Source: Akkermansia sp. (GTDB taxonomy: Bacteria; Verrucomicrobiota; Verrucomicrobiia; Verrucomicrobiales; Akkermansiaceae). From it: a DNA stretch of 64,000 nucleotides. The notes beneath the pieces were generated by a model. The model was given only the letters and a program-made list of their open reading frames with translations. It ran no database searches and was not told where the DNA came from. Location: assembly GCA_045124875.1 (NCBI GenBank), contig JBGVMR010000045.1, positions 75,136-139,135 of the forward strand, written 5' to 3'. Both the position numbers and the translations under genes were made by a program. Numbering within the stretch: the first letter of the stretch is position 1; each line of letters opens with the position of its first letter. Positions 37,378 to 47,303 of the stretch are shown in pieces.

Positions 37378-39521
37378 GCCAGTGATTTCCGGATTTTAAG
37401 TGTGCTTCCTGTTGAGGGGTCTGTATAGTAAATGCTATCATCAAGCGGGAGCTGCGGTAGATGCTCCAGCGGGTTAAAACGGTGCGTTTTATAGTGGATG
37501 GTTACTTCTGCCGTTTCTTCGTTGCAACAGAATTGTACGTTTGCCGGCGCGTCTTCGGGGAGGGCGCTGATGATGCTTGATACAGCATTGCACAACTCTG
37601 CTATGGCAACAGGAGACGCCAGTACAGATTCCAGCATTGTGTTCATTTCTGTATCTAAGGCGGTAAGTTTTTCCGTATCTGTAGATTGCAAGGTAAAGGC
37701 CTTTTTCTGCATCCACTTGCCTTTATACTCGACTGCCAGCAGCGTAGAGTCCGTGGCCTGTTCTTTATTGCCGGTGAAACGCCGTAAATCTACTTGTATG
37801 TTCCGGATTAGCTCTGTGACATTATCTGCATCTTGGTACAGTGCCGTTTGCAGCCCCTGCATGCCGAATGTTGCGCCGGTGGCATTGCCTGCTTTGAGAA
37901 TGCCCTGTGAGTACAAAAGGATGCGCTCTCCCGGTTGTAATTGAATGATGCATTCTCTGTATATCGATTGAGTGTGTGCCCCCAGCACAGTTCCGGAGCG
38001 CATGGGTAGCATGGTGAACCCATCGTTTTCGGTACTTCTGAGCGCCTGAGGGGTGCCAGCATTGATGAATCTGAGTACTCCGGAGTTGATGTTGAGGCGG
38101 GCCAAGTACAGAGAAAGTCTTGTCTTGGTAATGTTGTTTTCGCAAAGTGTTCGGTTGGCTTGGGTCATTAACTCTGCCGGTGCCAAACCGGTGGCAGCCA
38201 GTGTACGTATGAGCGAGATGGCTCTCATCATGAACAGGGCTCCGGGTATACCTTCGGTTGATACATCGCCCAGCATGAAACAGAGGTGCTCTGCATCTGC
38301 CATGAAAAAGTCATAGAAATCGCCGCTTACATTCTGAGATTGTATACGCGTGGCGTATATGTCAAAGGCTTTTTGCTCCGGGAATGCAGGGAAGGTGCTT
38401 GGCAATACCGTGCTCTGTACCGTACGGGCAATGGCATATTCTTTCTGGAGCCGGGCTCGGCGTTGCTCCATGTAGGTACGCAGAGAATCTACCATGGTAT
38501 TGATGCCGGTGGATAGGCGGGTGAACTCGGGGGTGTCTTGTACATGCACCCTTTCATCTTTGTAGCCTTCCGTTATGCGTTGAAGTGAGTAGTTGATACG
38601 CGATAACCCGTTGAGTACCAATTTTTGCAAGAGTACCCACACCAGCAGGAACATGATGATAAACAACCATATATTGCTGATAAAGAGCTGTTGTATGGAG
38701 CGCATACTGATACGGTTGATTTCTTCCGCTGGTAATAAGCCTATGATACGGATGTCGTCTTTCTCCAAAACCTGTGCGTAAAAATCTGTATCGCCTATGG
38801 TTGTTTGCACCGTTTGGTTGATGGGGAGTGAGAGTAAATCTGATGTGCGGTAGCCCAGTTCGCTGCCGTTCATCAGGGCGCCCCCGCGGAAGGCGATGAT
38901 ATGGCCATTTTCTCCGAGCTTGAAACGGTCCGCCAATGCAGTAAAGGCAATGTTGCTGCGCACGGCTTGTTCATGTGCAAATCGGAACCCCAGTTGTATT
39001 ACCCCCGGTGCATCTCTGCGAGATACCCCGGCATATTGTATCTCTTCTCCATTGTATGCATTTTTGCGTGGGCGTTGTATCATTTCTTCGCCCTTGTCGC
39101 CTATGCATTTGAGGAACTCTCGGCTTTGCTCGTGCGAGTTTAGGTCAAAGCCTACGAGGTTTTCCGGTACAGCGGCAATGACAATGCCCTGTTCATCCGT
39201 CACACACAGCTGGTCTGCCCCCAGCTCGTTGCATATTTTTTGCAATGCCTCGCCATCTGAGAGTACTGCCGGGTTCAGCTTGATGATTTCTGCTACGGCT
39301 CGGGTTCGGTTAAGGGTGCTTTCGTTGTTAATCTCAACCACATGCGCCATGTTATCATTACTGTAGCTTATCAGCTCTGCCAAGTCATTAAGGCGTGTGT
39401 GCAAAATTTGTTCGGCTCGCCCTCTTACCTGCTTGTCAAATTGCAAATAGGCCAATGCGCCTGTAACAACAAATGTTGCACAAACCAGTAATAATAGCCA
39501 TGTGAGAAACTTTTTTCTCAT
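37374..39521 (-). CDS. Membrane sensor with HAMP, SpoIIE/PP2C and HATPase-like domains (degenerate)
   Basis: Two TM helices around a Cache-like region, HAMP-like segment, SGDFYDF, GDVS, FINAG and C-terminal FNPL. Stop overlaps the kinase start. Confidence 0.85.
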   Translation of the reverse strand: MRKKFLTWLLLLVCATFVVTGALAYLQFDKQVRGRAEQILHTRLNDLAELISYSNDNMAHVVEINNESTLNRTRAVAEIIKLNPAVLSDGEALQKICNELGADQLCVTDEQGIVIAAVPENLVGFDLNSHEQSREFLKCIGDKGEEMIQRPRKNAYNGEEIQYAGVSRRDAPGVIQLGFRFAHEQAVRSNIAFTALADRFKLGENGHIIAFRGGALMNGSELGYRTSDLLSLPINQTVQTTIGDTDFYAQVLEKDDIRIIGLLPAEEINRISMRSIQQLFISNIWLFIIMFLLVWVLLQKLVLNGLSRINYSLQRITEGYKDERVHVQDTPEFTRLSTGINTMVDSLRTYMEQRRARLQKEYAIARTVQSTVLPSTFPAFPEQKAFDIYATRIQSQNVSGDFYDFFMADAEHLCFMLGDVSTEGIPGALFMMRAISLIRTLAATGLAPAELMTQANRTLCENNITKTRLSLYLARLNINSGVLRFINAGTPQALRSTENDGFTMLPMRSGTVLGAHTQSIYRECIIQLQPGERILLYSQGILKAGNATGATFGMQGLQTALYQDADNVTELIRNIQVDLRRFTGNKEQATDSTLLAVEYKGKWMQKKAFTLQSTDTEKLTALDTEMNTMLESVLASPVAIAELCNAVSSIISALPEDAPANVQFCCNEETAEVTIHYKTHRFNPLEHLPQLPLDDSIYYTDPSTGSTLKIRKSLA

Positions 39522-39672
39522 ACCCCGTTTTGCAGTTGTGATTATACCATGATATTTTTGTTTTCGCAAGCTTCAATTCCACTTGTTGACCGCTATTTGT
39601 GCGGTACCTAAAAAGAAACTCTCTCACTGCATGGCAGAGAGAGAGTTCTTGGAAAACAGTTGTAAGCTACGC

Positions 39673-40302
39673 TTATTTTTTTGCCGTTTTTCTGTGGCTT
39701 TGTTGTTGCTCGAGCGAGGCGTACATCTTGCGGCAGTGGCTGTATCCGCGACGGTCAGAAAGCTTTTGCATGCTCAGCTCTGAGGACCCCCACTGAATGA
39801 CTTGAATCTCAACAATGCGGCGACCCCATTGGTGCATCAGCTCCGGGGTGGGTTGGTAAATATCGATGGTGCCGGTATCTACCAATGCGCTGCCGTAATC
39901 GTCCACTACATAGATGTAGGGCTGCCCTTTAATCTTGAAACGCGTACCTAACGGATAGACGGACCAATCAGCGGCGGCGCTGCGTACTTGGTCTGTGTAT
40001 TTGAGCGAGGTGCCGATGGCGTTGCGAGGCCCGTATGCCACGTGGTCACTCTCGGTATGGGTGTAGGCGGTTGTGCGTACCACTCGGTTTCTTTGAGAGG
40101 GGTGGTAGAACGGCATGCCATGCTTATCTCTGCCCAAGTTGGGCAATTTGGGATTCGGCTTGGCTGAAGGGGACGGTGCAGCAGGCATGATGAAACCATT
40201 GCTGACACTCCGCGAAGCGGCCTCTGCGCCCGGGGCACAGAACACAGCCGCTGCAAGCAGCGTAATGACGCTTGTAATAAGTGTTTTAGCTGTTTTCTTC
40301 AT
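39673..40302 (-). CDS. 3D (Asp-Asp-Asp) domain protein
   Basis: RTTAY, AAADWSVYPLGT, VVDDYG and TIDIY motifs; signal peptide. Confidence 0.85.
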   Translation of the reverse strand: MKKTAKTLITSVITLLAAAVFCAPGAEAASRSVSNGFIMPAAPSPSAKPNPKLPNLGRDKHGMPFYHPSQRNRVVRTTAYTHTESDHVAYGPRNAIGTSLKYTDQVRSAAADWSVYPLGTRFKIKGQPYIYVVDDYGSALVDTGTIDIYQPTPELMHQWGRRIVEIQVIQWGSSELSMQKLSDRRGYSHCRKMYASLEQQQSHRKTAKK

Positions 40303-40532
40303 TTGAATGCAGTGAAAATTGTGGCAATGCACAGCATTGCGTCCGTTAATGATGTAAAGGCGCGTTGAGCATACCATAAACAGTTTGCGTTGGCAAGCCT
40401 TTTTCCCGCATCTGCCCGCTGTAGCTCATCCAAATCTGTTGCTGATTTCGCCCTTTATTTGTGTTTAGTGCCTTTATTATGTATGTGTTGTGATATTTAA
40501 TAAAATTAAAGATTCCTTAAATAAAAACTTTT

Positions 40533-41972
40533 TTATAAGGGAAAGGGTGCCATGTACCAGCCCTTATAATTTTGTTTGTAAAAGTTGAATATTATTGTTG
40601 CTTTACCGGGCATGACACGTTCTGCGTGCTCGAGGTAATATTTTGATTTTTCCGGCTGCTTTTCTTCATCATACAGCAGGGCCAAGTAGATAAAGGCAAA
40701 GGGGTCTTTGTGTGATGTTGCATCTTCCAAATGCATGACTGCAGTGGTAACACTTTTTTCTACACCCAGCCCACGATAATGGGCATAACCCAGTAAGGCT
40801 TTAGCATGGGTATATCCGCGGGCGGCAGCTGCTTGTATGAGCTTGATGCCGTTTTGTGTATCTTGCTTAGTGCCGATGCCTTGCAGCATCATGAAGCCTT
40901 GAGCTGCAAGTAATACCGGGTTGCCGCTCAATACTGCTCCGGTGGAAATGTGGCGGTAGGCTCTGTCTGCATCTTTGGGCTGGCCGTTTTTACCATTCAA
41001 ATACATGAGGGCAAGTTGCATACGTGCCTCGTTTTGGCCCAAAATGGCGGCCATTTTAAGCATTTTTACGCCGGTTTCAACATCTTTTACGGGACCCACA
41101 TTAATTTCAAGTTTAACCGGTGGGTCTATCATGTACATGCCCATGCGGTACAGGGCATCGGGGTTGCGCGCTTTTACCGCCAAGGTAAGCAATTTGTAAC
41201 TTTTGCCTAAGTCTCTGTCGATGTGAAGTTCAGAGAGCTCGAAAAGTGCATTTTTGTTGCCTTTTTCAGCGGCCTGTACCAACAATCTGATGAGGATGGC
41301 ATCATTCGGGGCGTTGACGCTCATGTGGTGAGCGATGTAGTGATTCCCTCGCTCCATTTCGGCTTTCACTTCCGGACGCTGTAAATCTTCATATTTTTCT
41401 AAGCGCCCGGTCATCAATAACCATTCAAATCTCGGTTCATAGCTGCCGCTGCTGCATGCTGCTATCAGCAGTTTTTCTGCAGCCGCTTCGTTTTTGGAGG
41501 TTCCTATACCTTTATTCAGACATTTGCTGTAAGCAACCATGGCCGGTACGTATTTGCTGTCCGAGGCCTTCTTCAATTGAGTGACTGCGGTCAGAATCTC
41601 CGGGGCGCGGTATCGCTCCTCCGGCACATTTATCAAATGCTTAAGTGCTATGAATAAGATGGCTGCCGGTTCCCCTTCATCGGCTGCTCTCTGCATCCAT
41701 TGCTCGATGCTGAACTCGTCTCCCGTGGCTTCAAAAATGATAAAAAGAGCCGGGCTGAGGTCAAAGCTGTTTTGTTGAGTAAGTTCTCTGAGCTTTTCTA
41801 TAAATTTTTGGTAATTCGCCTCATGCTGAGGGGGGAAATGGGTGCTTGCTGCCGGCTTTTGTTGCGTTGTGTTTTTTGCACTTCCTTTTTTCTTTTTGGG
41901 TGCAGCTTGTGCGAGCGGGGCTGCGAGTATGCTAACTACGAGGAGACTTGAAAGAATGCTTTTTATATGCAT
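40533..41972 (-). CDS. Sel1-repeat exported protein
   Basis: Signal peptide; repeats such as ARMQLALMYLNG and AKALLGYAHYRGLGVEK. Confidence 0.88.
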   Translation of the reverse strand: MHIKSILSSLLVVSILAAPLAQAAPKKKKGSAKNTTQQKPAASTHFPPQHEANYQKFIEKLRELTQQNSFDLSPALFIIFEATGDEFSIEQWMQRAADEGEPAAILFIALKHLINVPEERYRAPEILTAVTQLKKASDSKYVPAMVAYSKCLNKGIGTSKNEAAAEKLLIAACSSGSYEPRFEWLLMTGRLEKYEDLQRPEVKAEMERGNHYIAHHMSVNAPNDAILIRLLVQAAEKGNKNALFELSELHIDRDLGKSYKLLTLAVKARNPDALYRMGMYMIDPPVKLEINVGPVKDVETGVKMLKMAAILGQNEARMQLALMYLNGKNGQPKDADRAYRHISTGAVLSGNPVLLAAQGFMMLQGIGTKQDTQNGIKLIQAAAARGYTHAKALLGYAHYRGLGVEKSVTTAVMHLEDATSHKDPFAFIYLALLYDEEKQPEKSKYYLEHAERVMPGKATIIFNFYKQNYKGWYMAPFPL

Positions 41973-41998
41973 TGTTGGTATAGGGTAATTGGTGGAAG

Positions 41999-43423
41999 TT
42001 ATAATTTGATGTTGAAGGGGGTTACAATCCAGCCATTCTCATCATTTTTGAGTTCCTCGAACTTGGTAAGAGCAGCTTGGCCGAAGGCTCGTTGCGCGTG
42101 GTCGAGATAATATTGAACTCTTTTGGGATCCGGCTCTATGCCGGCGCCGCCTTTTTCATAGATGTAAGCCAAGAAGATAAAGCTTATCTCCAAGCCTCGC
42201 TGAGTTGCCATGGATTCCAAGAGGTACACCGCCTCTGAACCATTTTTTGTAATGCCGCCGATACCATTATAATACACATTGGCCAGCATGAAGACGGCAT
42301 GTGGGAACCCCGTACGGGCTGCTTTTTCAATGAGCGCTATGCCTTGTGCCGTATCTTGCTTAACGCCGGAGCCGGTTAACAGCATGTAGCCTTTTGCCGT
42401 TATATACCCTACATCGGGAACGACTGTTTCTCCAATCTCAACGTGGCGGTATGCTTTAGCCTCATCCTTGGGTACCCCGAATAAACCATGGAAATAGATA
42501 TGCGAAAGTATGGCCTGTGCGCGGGTGTTGCCCATCATTGAGGCGATTTTGAGCATATAAATGCCCGCTGCAGGGTCTTTTTTCAATCCTATGCATTCCT
42601 CAAGCTCTTTGTTGCCGCTTATCATATACTCACCCAGTATGGTTAAGGCCATGGGGTGGTGGAGCTCTGCCGCTTGTTTCAAATAATAGTAGCTGACTTT
42701 CGGGTTTTTCAGTTGCAGCAGTATGGCAGAGAGTTCATACATGGCTGAGGGGTTCCCCATGCGGGCGGCTTCCGTTAAGGTCAGAAGAGAGACGAACGCA
42801 TCCGGCGCTTTTTGGCTGAGGTAGTACACAACATGGTGGTTTCCTCTTGCTATTTCTGCCTTTACTTCCGGGCGCTCTTTATCCTCATACTTCATCAGGC
42901 GGTCAGTTTGCAAGAGCCATGAGAAGCGGGTTTCATAGTTACCGCTTTTACATGCTTCCATGATAAGTTGGTTTGCCTTGACCTCATCTGCGGGAATAAT
43001 GGAACCTGTTCTTAAAATGCTGCTGTAGGTTATCATCGCCGGGGCATAGCCGGCATCTGCAGCTTTTTTTACCATGGCAACAGCATTTTTTACTTTTGCC
43101 GCTTGCTGTTGATTTTGTGGTACAAAATTTAAGGAAGTGCTGCTCAGGTAAAGTTGTGCTACGGGGTTGCCATCATTGGCGGCTCGCTTCATCCATTCGT
43201 CAACACAGAGCTCATCGCCGGTGGCCTCAATGGCAATAACAATTGCCGGTACAATATCAGGGCTATCAGCCACAGCTATGGTTTCAAGCATTTTCACGAA
43301 TTGCTGATATGCTGCTTCATGTTGTGCGGGGGCAGAAGCTTCCGTTGGCATGCTCGGCTCTGCGAGGCATATGGGTACTGCGTTAAGTATCAGGAGTGAG
43401 TGAATGAGGGAAAGATGCTTCAT
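41999..43423 (-). CDS. Sel1-repeat exported protein, paralog of 40533..41972
   Basis: Signal peptide; AVFMLANVYYNG and similar repeats; shares QHEA.YQ.F and EATGDE...WM.RAA with its neighbour. Confidence 0.88.
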   Translation of the reverse strand: MKHLSLIHSLLILNAVPICLAEPSMPTEASAPAQHEAAYQQFVKMLETIAVADSPDIVPAIVIAIEATGDELCVDEWMKRAANDGNPVAQLYLSSTSLNFVPQNQQQAAKVKNAVAMVKKAADAGYAPAMITYSSILRTGSIIPADEVKANQLIMEACKSGNYETRFSWLLQTDRLMKYEDKERPEVKAEIARGNHHVVYYLSQKAPDAFVSLLTLTEAARMGNPSAMYELSAILLQLKNPKVSYYYLKQAAELHHPMALTILGEYMISGNKELEECIGLKKDPAAGIYMLKIASMMGNTRAQAILSHIYFHGLFGVPKDEAKAYRHVEIGETVVPDVGYITAKGYMLLTGSGVKQDTAQGIALIEKAARTGFPHAVFMLANVYYNGIGGITKNGSEAVYLLESMATQRGLEISFIFLAYIYEKGGAGIEPDPKRVQYYLDHAQRAFGQAALTKFEELKNDENGWIVTPFNIKL

Positions 43424-43497
43424 GGCCGAAAATTGCGTATTCTGTTTTCCTATTCTATTCTCTATCTTTTTGCCTTGCAAGCGCAAAATATGTCTTT

Positions 43498-44586
43498 TTA
43501 CATGAGACCTTCTGCTATTTCATCTGCTACGAGCCTGCCTTTAAGGGTGAGCTGTAGGGTGCCACTCCCAGTGCGCTGTGCAAGCCCTTCTGTTTGCAAC
43601 ATCGCGATAAATGCTTCATCTTGTTTTCTGATAAACTCGGGGGGGAGGCCTTCATCTGTGCGCAGCTGCAATCCCAGGAGTTCCGTACGTCTGGTTTCGG
43701 GGGTGAGTATTTCTTGCTCTGCCACAGAGAGTTGTCCCGTTTTGAGTGCTGCAATGTAAGTGCTTGTGTTTTCTGTATTGCGGTAACGTGTGTTGTTGAC
43801 CGTGCCACATGCGCCCGGTCCCAAACCGTAGTAATCTTCACCTCGCCAGCATGCTAAATTGTGGTGAGATATTGCTCCGCCTCTGGCATAGTTAGATATT
43901 TCGTAGTGGCGGTAGCCTGCTGAGGTTAGCAATTCGTCCGCCATGGTAAACATGGCTACATCTGTCTCTTCATCACCGGCTTCTGCACCGTAGGCTTCGA
44001 AAAATGCCGTGTCTTCTTCATAGGTGAGGTTGTAGGTGGAAATGTGGTCGGGCTGCAGGGCTATGGCTTCTTGCAGGGTGTGGCGCCATTGTTCCGTTGT
44101 TTGCCCGGGTAATGAGAACATGAGGTCTATGTTTACTTGGGGCATGCCTGCTTCTCTGAGCATGCGTACGCTTTGCTCTATTTGGTCCGGGCCGTGTTCT
44201 CTACCAAGTAATTTTAAAAGTTTCGGCTCAAAACTTTGCGCTCCGAGAGAAACGCGGGTTATGCCGAGCTTTACCCATTGCTCCACCTTTGCCGGGGTAA
44301 AGGTGGCGGGGTTTGTTTCGAAGCTCCATTCTTCCACCCCCGAAAAATCAATGTGCTCCCTAAGCCCGTTGATAAGGTTGTTCAGGTGGGTAGGGGAGAG
44401 CATGCTGGGGGTGCCTCCTCCAAAGTAGATGGTGCTCGGACGGTATCCCTGCGGCAAGCGTATTTTTGCTTCTCTTATCACTCCATCTACGTATCCTCGT
44501 ATATCCGTATTGCCTATTCGGTGCTTATAAAAGGCGCAGTACGGGCATATCTTGTTGCAAAAGGGTACGTGTATGTACAGGTGCAT
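43498..44586 (-). CDS. hemW: Radical SAM heme chaperone
   Basis: LYIHVPFCNKICPYC, FGGGTPS, RVSLGAQSF and YEISNYA motifs. Confidence 0.92.
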   Translation of the reverse strand: MHLYIHVPFCNKICPYCAFYKHRIGNTDIRGYVDGVIREAKIRLPQGYRPSTIYFGGGTPSMLSPTHLNNLINGLREHIDFSGVEEWSFETNPATFTPAKVEQWVKLGITRVSLGAQSFEPKLLKLLGREHGPDQIEQSVRMLREAGMPQVNIDLMFSLPGQTTEQWRHTLQEAIALQPDHISTYNLTYEEDTAFFEAYGAEAGDEETDVAMFTMADELLTSAGYRHYEISNYARGGAISHHNLACWRGEDYYGLGPGACGTVNNTRYRNTENTSTYIAALKTGQLSVAEQEILTPETRRTELLGLQLRTDEGLPPEFIRKQDEAFIAMLQTEGLAQRTGSGTLQLTLKGRLVADEIAEGLM

Positions 44587-44661
44587 AATTGGAGCTGTGA
44601 AGCAAAACGGGAGCCGGTTTTGGCCGGCCCCCGGTAGAAGTTTTTTGTTTATGGTCTTGCT

Positions 44662-45414
44662 TTACAGCTCGGCTGCTGCGGGCTTGTCAAGGAAGTACTT
44701 GGCATCCGGGTGCTTCTGAAGGTAAGAAGCTGCTACGTCTGCCGTAACAGGACCATTGATGGCCTTGTTTACGATGGAGGCCTTCTTCTCTCCCCATGCC
44801 ATCAAACGCAGCTTCTTGGCGTCCATGATGGTGGCTACACCCATGGTGATGGCGTAGCAGGGTACGTTCTCAAAGCCACCGAATGCAGGGGCTGCGTCGG
44901 TCTTGGTCAGGTCGTCCAAGTGTACTTGGCGGGTACGGGTTGTGTCATCGGAGCCCGGCTCGTTGAAGCCGATGTGGCCCGTGCGACCAATGCCCAGAAT
45001 CTGTAAATCCAGACCACCACAGGCCTTGATCTTGTCCTCGTATGCCTGGCAGTGTGCTGCAATGTCCTCCTGTGCCACAGTGCCGCTGGGAAGGTTGATG
45101 TTCTCTGCGGGGATATCAATGTGGTTGAACAAGTTGGTGTGCATGAAGTACCAGTAGGATTCTACGTGCTCACGGGGCAGACCGTAGTACTCATCCAAGT
45201 TGAAGGTGGTTACATTCTTGAAAGAAAGACCCTCTTCCTTGTGCAGACGAATAAGCTCTGCATAGAAGCCGAGGGGGGAGGCGCCGGTAGCCAAACCGAG
45301 CACAACACCCTTGCCCTCTGCAGCGCGGCTGCGAATGAGCTCTGCTACTTCTGCTGCCAAGTTCTTGACAGCTTCCTGCTGTGTTTCGAAAACTTCGTAT
45401 GTCATGGTAGTCAT
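44662..45414 (-). CDS. nagB: Glucosamine-6-phosphate deaminase
   Basis: GLATGASP, TFNLDEY, LGIGRTGHIGFNEPG and AITMG motifs. Confidence 0.95.
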   Translation of the reverse strand: MTTMTYEVFETQQEAVKNLAAEVAELIRSRAAEGKGVVLGLATGASPLGFYAELIRLHKEEGLSFKNVTTFNLDEYYGLPREHVESYWYFMHTNLFNHIDIPAENINLPSGTVAQEDIAAHCQAYEDKIKACGGLDLQILGIGRTGHIGFNEPGSDDTTRTRQVHLDDLTKTDAAPAFGGFENVPCYAITMGVATIMDAKKLRLMAWGEKKASIVNKAINGPVTADVAASYLQKHPDAKYFLDKPAAAEL

Positions 45415-45491
45415 ATTCTATACTATACCCCCGCAAAATCAACCCTAAAATCACAAAATTGAAAAAAATTAAGAAAATTTGAAAATTTTGC

Positions 45492-45520
45492 TTGCAATAT
45501 CCGTTTGAACATGGTAAGCT
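45492..45520 (+). promoter_or_regulatory. Sigma70-type promoter for the tRNA pair
   Basis: TTGCAA-17 bp-TAAGCT with a TGn extension. Confidence 0.6.
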
Positions 45521-45539
45521 GCTCCCGCACACAGCACCT

Positions 45540-45611
45540 GCCGCTGTAGCTCAGGGGTAGAGCAACGCATTCGTAATGCGTGGGTCGTCAGTTCAAATCT
45601 GACCAGCGGCT
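45540..45611 (+). tRNA. tRNA-Thr(CGT)
   Basis: Cloverleaf: GCCGCTG/CAGCGGC acceptor, ACGCA-TTCGTAA-TGCGT anticodon arm, TTCAAAT T-loop; CCA not encoded. Confidence 0.97.
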
Positions 45612-45655
45612 GCCTCTCGGCGATACAACAAGGTGTGGGTGCTTTCAGACATTGT

Positions 45656-45728
45656 GCCTCCTTAGCTCAGTTGGTAGAGCAGCTGACTCTTAATCAGTTT
45701 GTCCGCGGTTCGAGCCCGCGAGGGGGTA
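45656..45728 (+). tRNA. tRNA-Lys(CTT)
   Basis: GCCTCCT/AGGGGGT acceptor, GCTGA-CTCTTAA-TCAGT anticodon arm, TTCGAGC T-loop. Confidence 0.96.
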
Positions 45729-45732
45729 CTTG

Positions 45733-45765
45733 AAAGGCGAATCGGTTTTCCGGTTCGCTTTTTTT
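45733..45765 (+). terminator. Terminator after the tRNAs
   Basis: aaggcgaatcgg...ccggttcgcttttttt. Confidence 0.75.
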
Positions 45766-45799
45766 GTTTCTTGGTTCGCAAGGTTAAAGATAAAAGAAT

Positions 45800-45828
45800 A
45801 GGCTCATGGCAATTACGCCATGAGCCTT
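45800..45828 (-). terminator. Terminator after the HU gene
   Basis: aggctcatggc/gccatgagcct stem. Confidence 0.7.
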
Positions 45829-45853
45829 ATTCGGTATGCTGTAAAGTTACAAC

Positions 45854-46156
45854 TTACTGAACCTTGGCAGCAGCCTCCTTGAGGGTCTTGCCGACCTTGA
45901 ACTTCACAATGGAACGGGCAGGGATGGGTACATCCTTACCGGGGTTCTTGGGGTTGCGGCCGATCTTGGCCTTAACCTCCTTAACGGTGAAGGTGCCGAA
46001 GTTGCGGAGAACAACGCGGTCGCCATTGCCCAAGGCCTCAGTGATAAGGTCTACGGCCTTCTGGATTACTTCAAGTACATCATTCTGCGTGAGGTCGCTG
46101 TCCATCTCTGCGCAGATCTTATTAACAAGCTCTCTTTTTGTGATTGTATTAGCCAT
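45854..46156 (-). CDS. HU/IHF family DNA-binding protein
   Basis: LRNFGTF, GRNPKNPG and VKFKVGKTLK motifs. Confidence 0.95.
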   Translation of the reverse strand: MANTITKRELVNKICAEMDSDLTQNDVLEVIQKAVDLITEALGNGDRVVLRNFGTFTVKEVKAKIGRNPKNPGKDVPIPARSIVKFKVGKTLKEAAAKVQ

Positions 46157-46340
46157 ATATGTGGATTCGCTTGGTTTAAGAAGCTGGCGAGATTGTAACT
46201 CATTTTTTTCTCTTTGGCACGCAAAAAAAGCAACTTATGTGATTTTTTTTGCGTCACCATGCGGTTTTGTCGTTTCATGGCTGAGTTTTTTTCACTTTTT
46301 CATTGACGAGTGGACAATTTAGGGCCATTTTAGAGCCCAC

Positions 46341-47252
46341 ATGGCCTCTCAATACACAATAGATTTAAATGCAGCCGATGCTCGGGAGCTGAAGAAGAAG
46401 TTACAGTCGCGCGCAGGGTATGAACCTGCCGAGCGTGAATATACGGAGTTTTGTTTTGCCGGGCCCAAGGTCAATGTGGCCTATTATGCCAAGCGAGGTA
46501 AGCTGGTGGTACAGGGCAGCGGTGCAGATGAGTTTTTGGAGTTTGTAATGCTTATTGACCCCAAGACGGGGATATCTGCCGTAAAAAAGCCAAGTGCTTC
46601 AAAAGTAGATAAATCGCCGCATTTCGGGGTAGATGAGAGTGGTAAGGGGGATTATTTCGGCCCGCTGGTGATAGCCGGCGTGTACTCTGACGAGGCCACT
46701 GCCGATGCTTTGGTCAAATTGGGCTGTAAAGACAGCAAGGCCATACCCGATGATAAGAAGATTGCTGCCATAGCCTCCAAAATTATGAGTTTGCCTGGCA
46801 TTGCTTACGAGGTGGTGTGCATTGGCCCTAAGAGATATAATGAGTTGTATGCCGAGTTCGGTAATCTCAACCGTTTGTTAGCATGGGGGCATGCCAGGGT
46901 AATAGCTGCTTTGCATGAGAAGGTCCCGTCATGTAAGCGGGCATTGAGTGACCAGTTTGCCAATGAGTGGGTGCTGAAAACGGCTTTGGGTAAACGCAAG
47001 GTTCCCGTTCAGTTAGAGCAACGCACCAAGGCCGAAAGCGATGTAGCCGTGGCTGCTGCATCTATTTTGGCGCGTGCTCGTTTTGTGAAGTGGATGAATG
47101 ATACCGCTGCTGCAGCCGGTTGCGATATGCCGCTTGGCTGCGCCGGGCATGTTACCAAAGCTGCGCGTGCCTTTGTTGTAAAACATGGACAAGAGCGCCT
47201 GAGCGATGTTGCCAAACTGCATTTCAAGACAACTCAGAAAGTTCTGATATAA
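46341..47252 (+). CDS. rnhC: Ribonuclease HIII
   Basis: N-terminal TBP-like extension; GVDESGKGDYFGP, DSK, DQF and VAAASILAR motifs. Confidence 0.93.
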   Translation: MASQYTIDLNAADARELKKKLQSRAGYEPAEREYTEFCFAGPKVNVAYYAKRGKLVVQGSGADEFLEFVMLIDPKTGISAVKKPSASKVDKSPHFGVDESGKGDYFGPLVIAGVYSDEATADALVKLGCKDSKAIPDDKKIAAIASKIMSLPGIAYEVVCIGPKRYNELYAEFGNLNRLLAWGHARVIAALHEKVPSCKRALSDQFANEWVLKTALGKRKVPVQLEQRTKAESDVAVAAASILARARFVKWMNDTAAAAGCDMPLGCAGHVTKAARAFVVKHGQERLSDVAKLHFKTTQKVLI

Positions 47253-47291
47253 AAAAAGCCCCTTTCTCTGAACATGAGAAAGGGGCTTTTT
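47251..47291. terminator. Bidirectional terminator
   Basis: aaaaaaagcccctttctc...gagaaaggggcttttt. Confidence 0.85.
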
Positions 47292-47303
47292 GTAATTTGT
47301 TTT

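Noticed and set aside
45540-45728. tRNAs as an integration site
   Set aside because: No duplicated tRNA 3' end and no integrase nearby; the flanks are core genes.
26177-46259. 12-mer TTTGCGTCACCA in two intergenic regions (26177-26188 minus, 46248-46259 plus)
   Set aside because: Hundreds of 12-mer matches are expected by chance in 64 kb, and there is no shared context.
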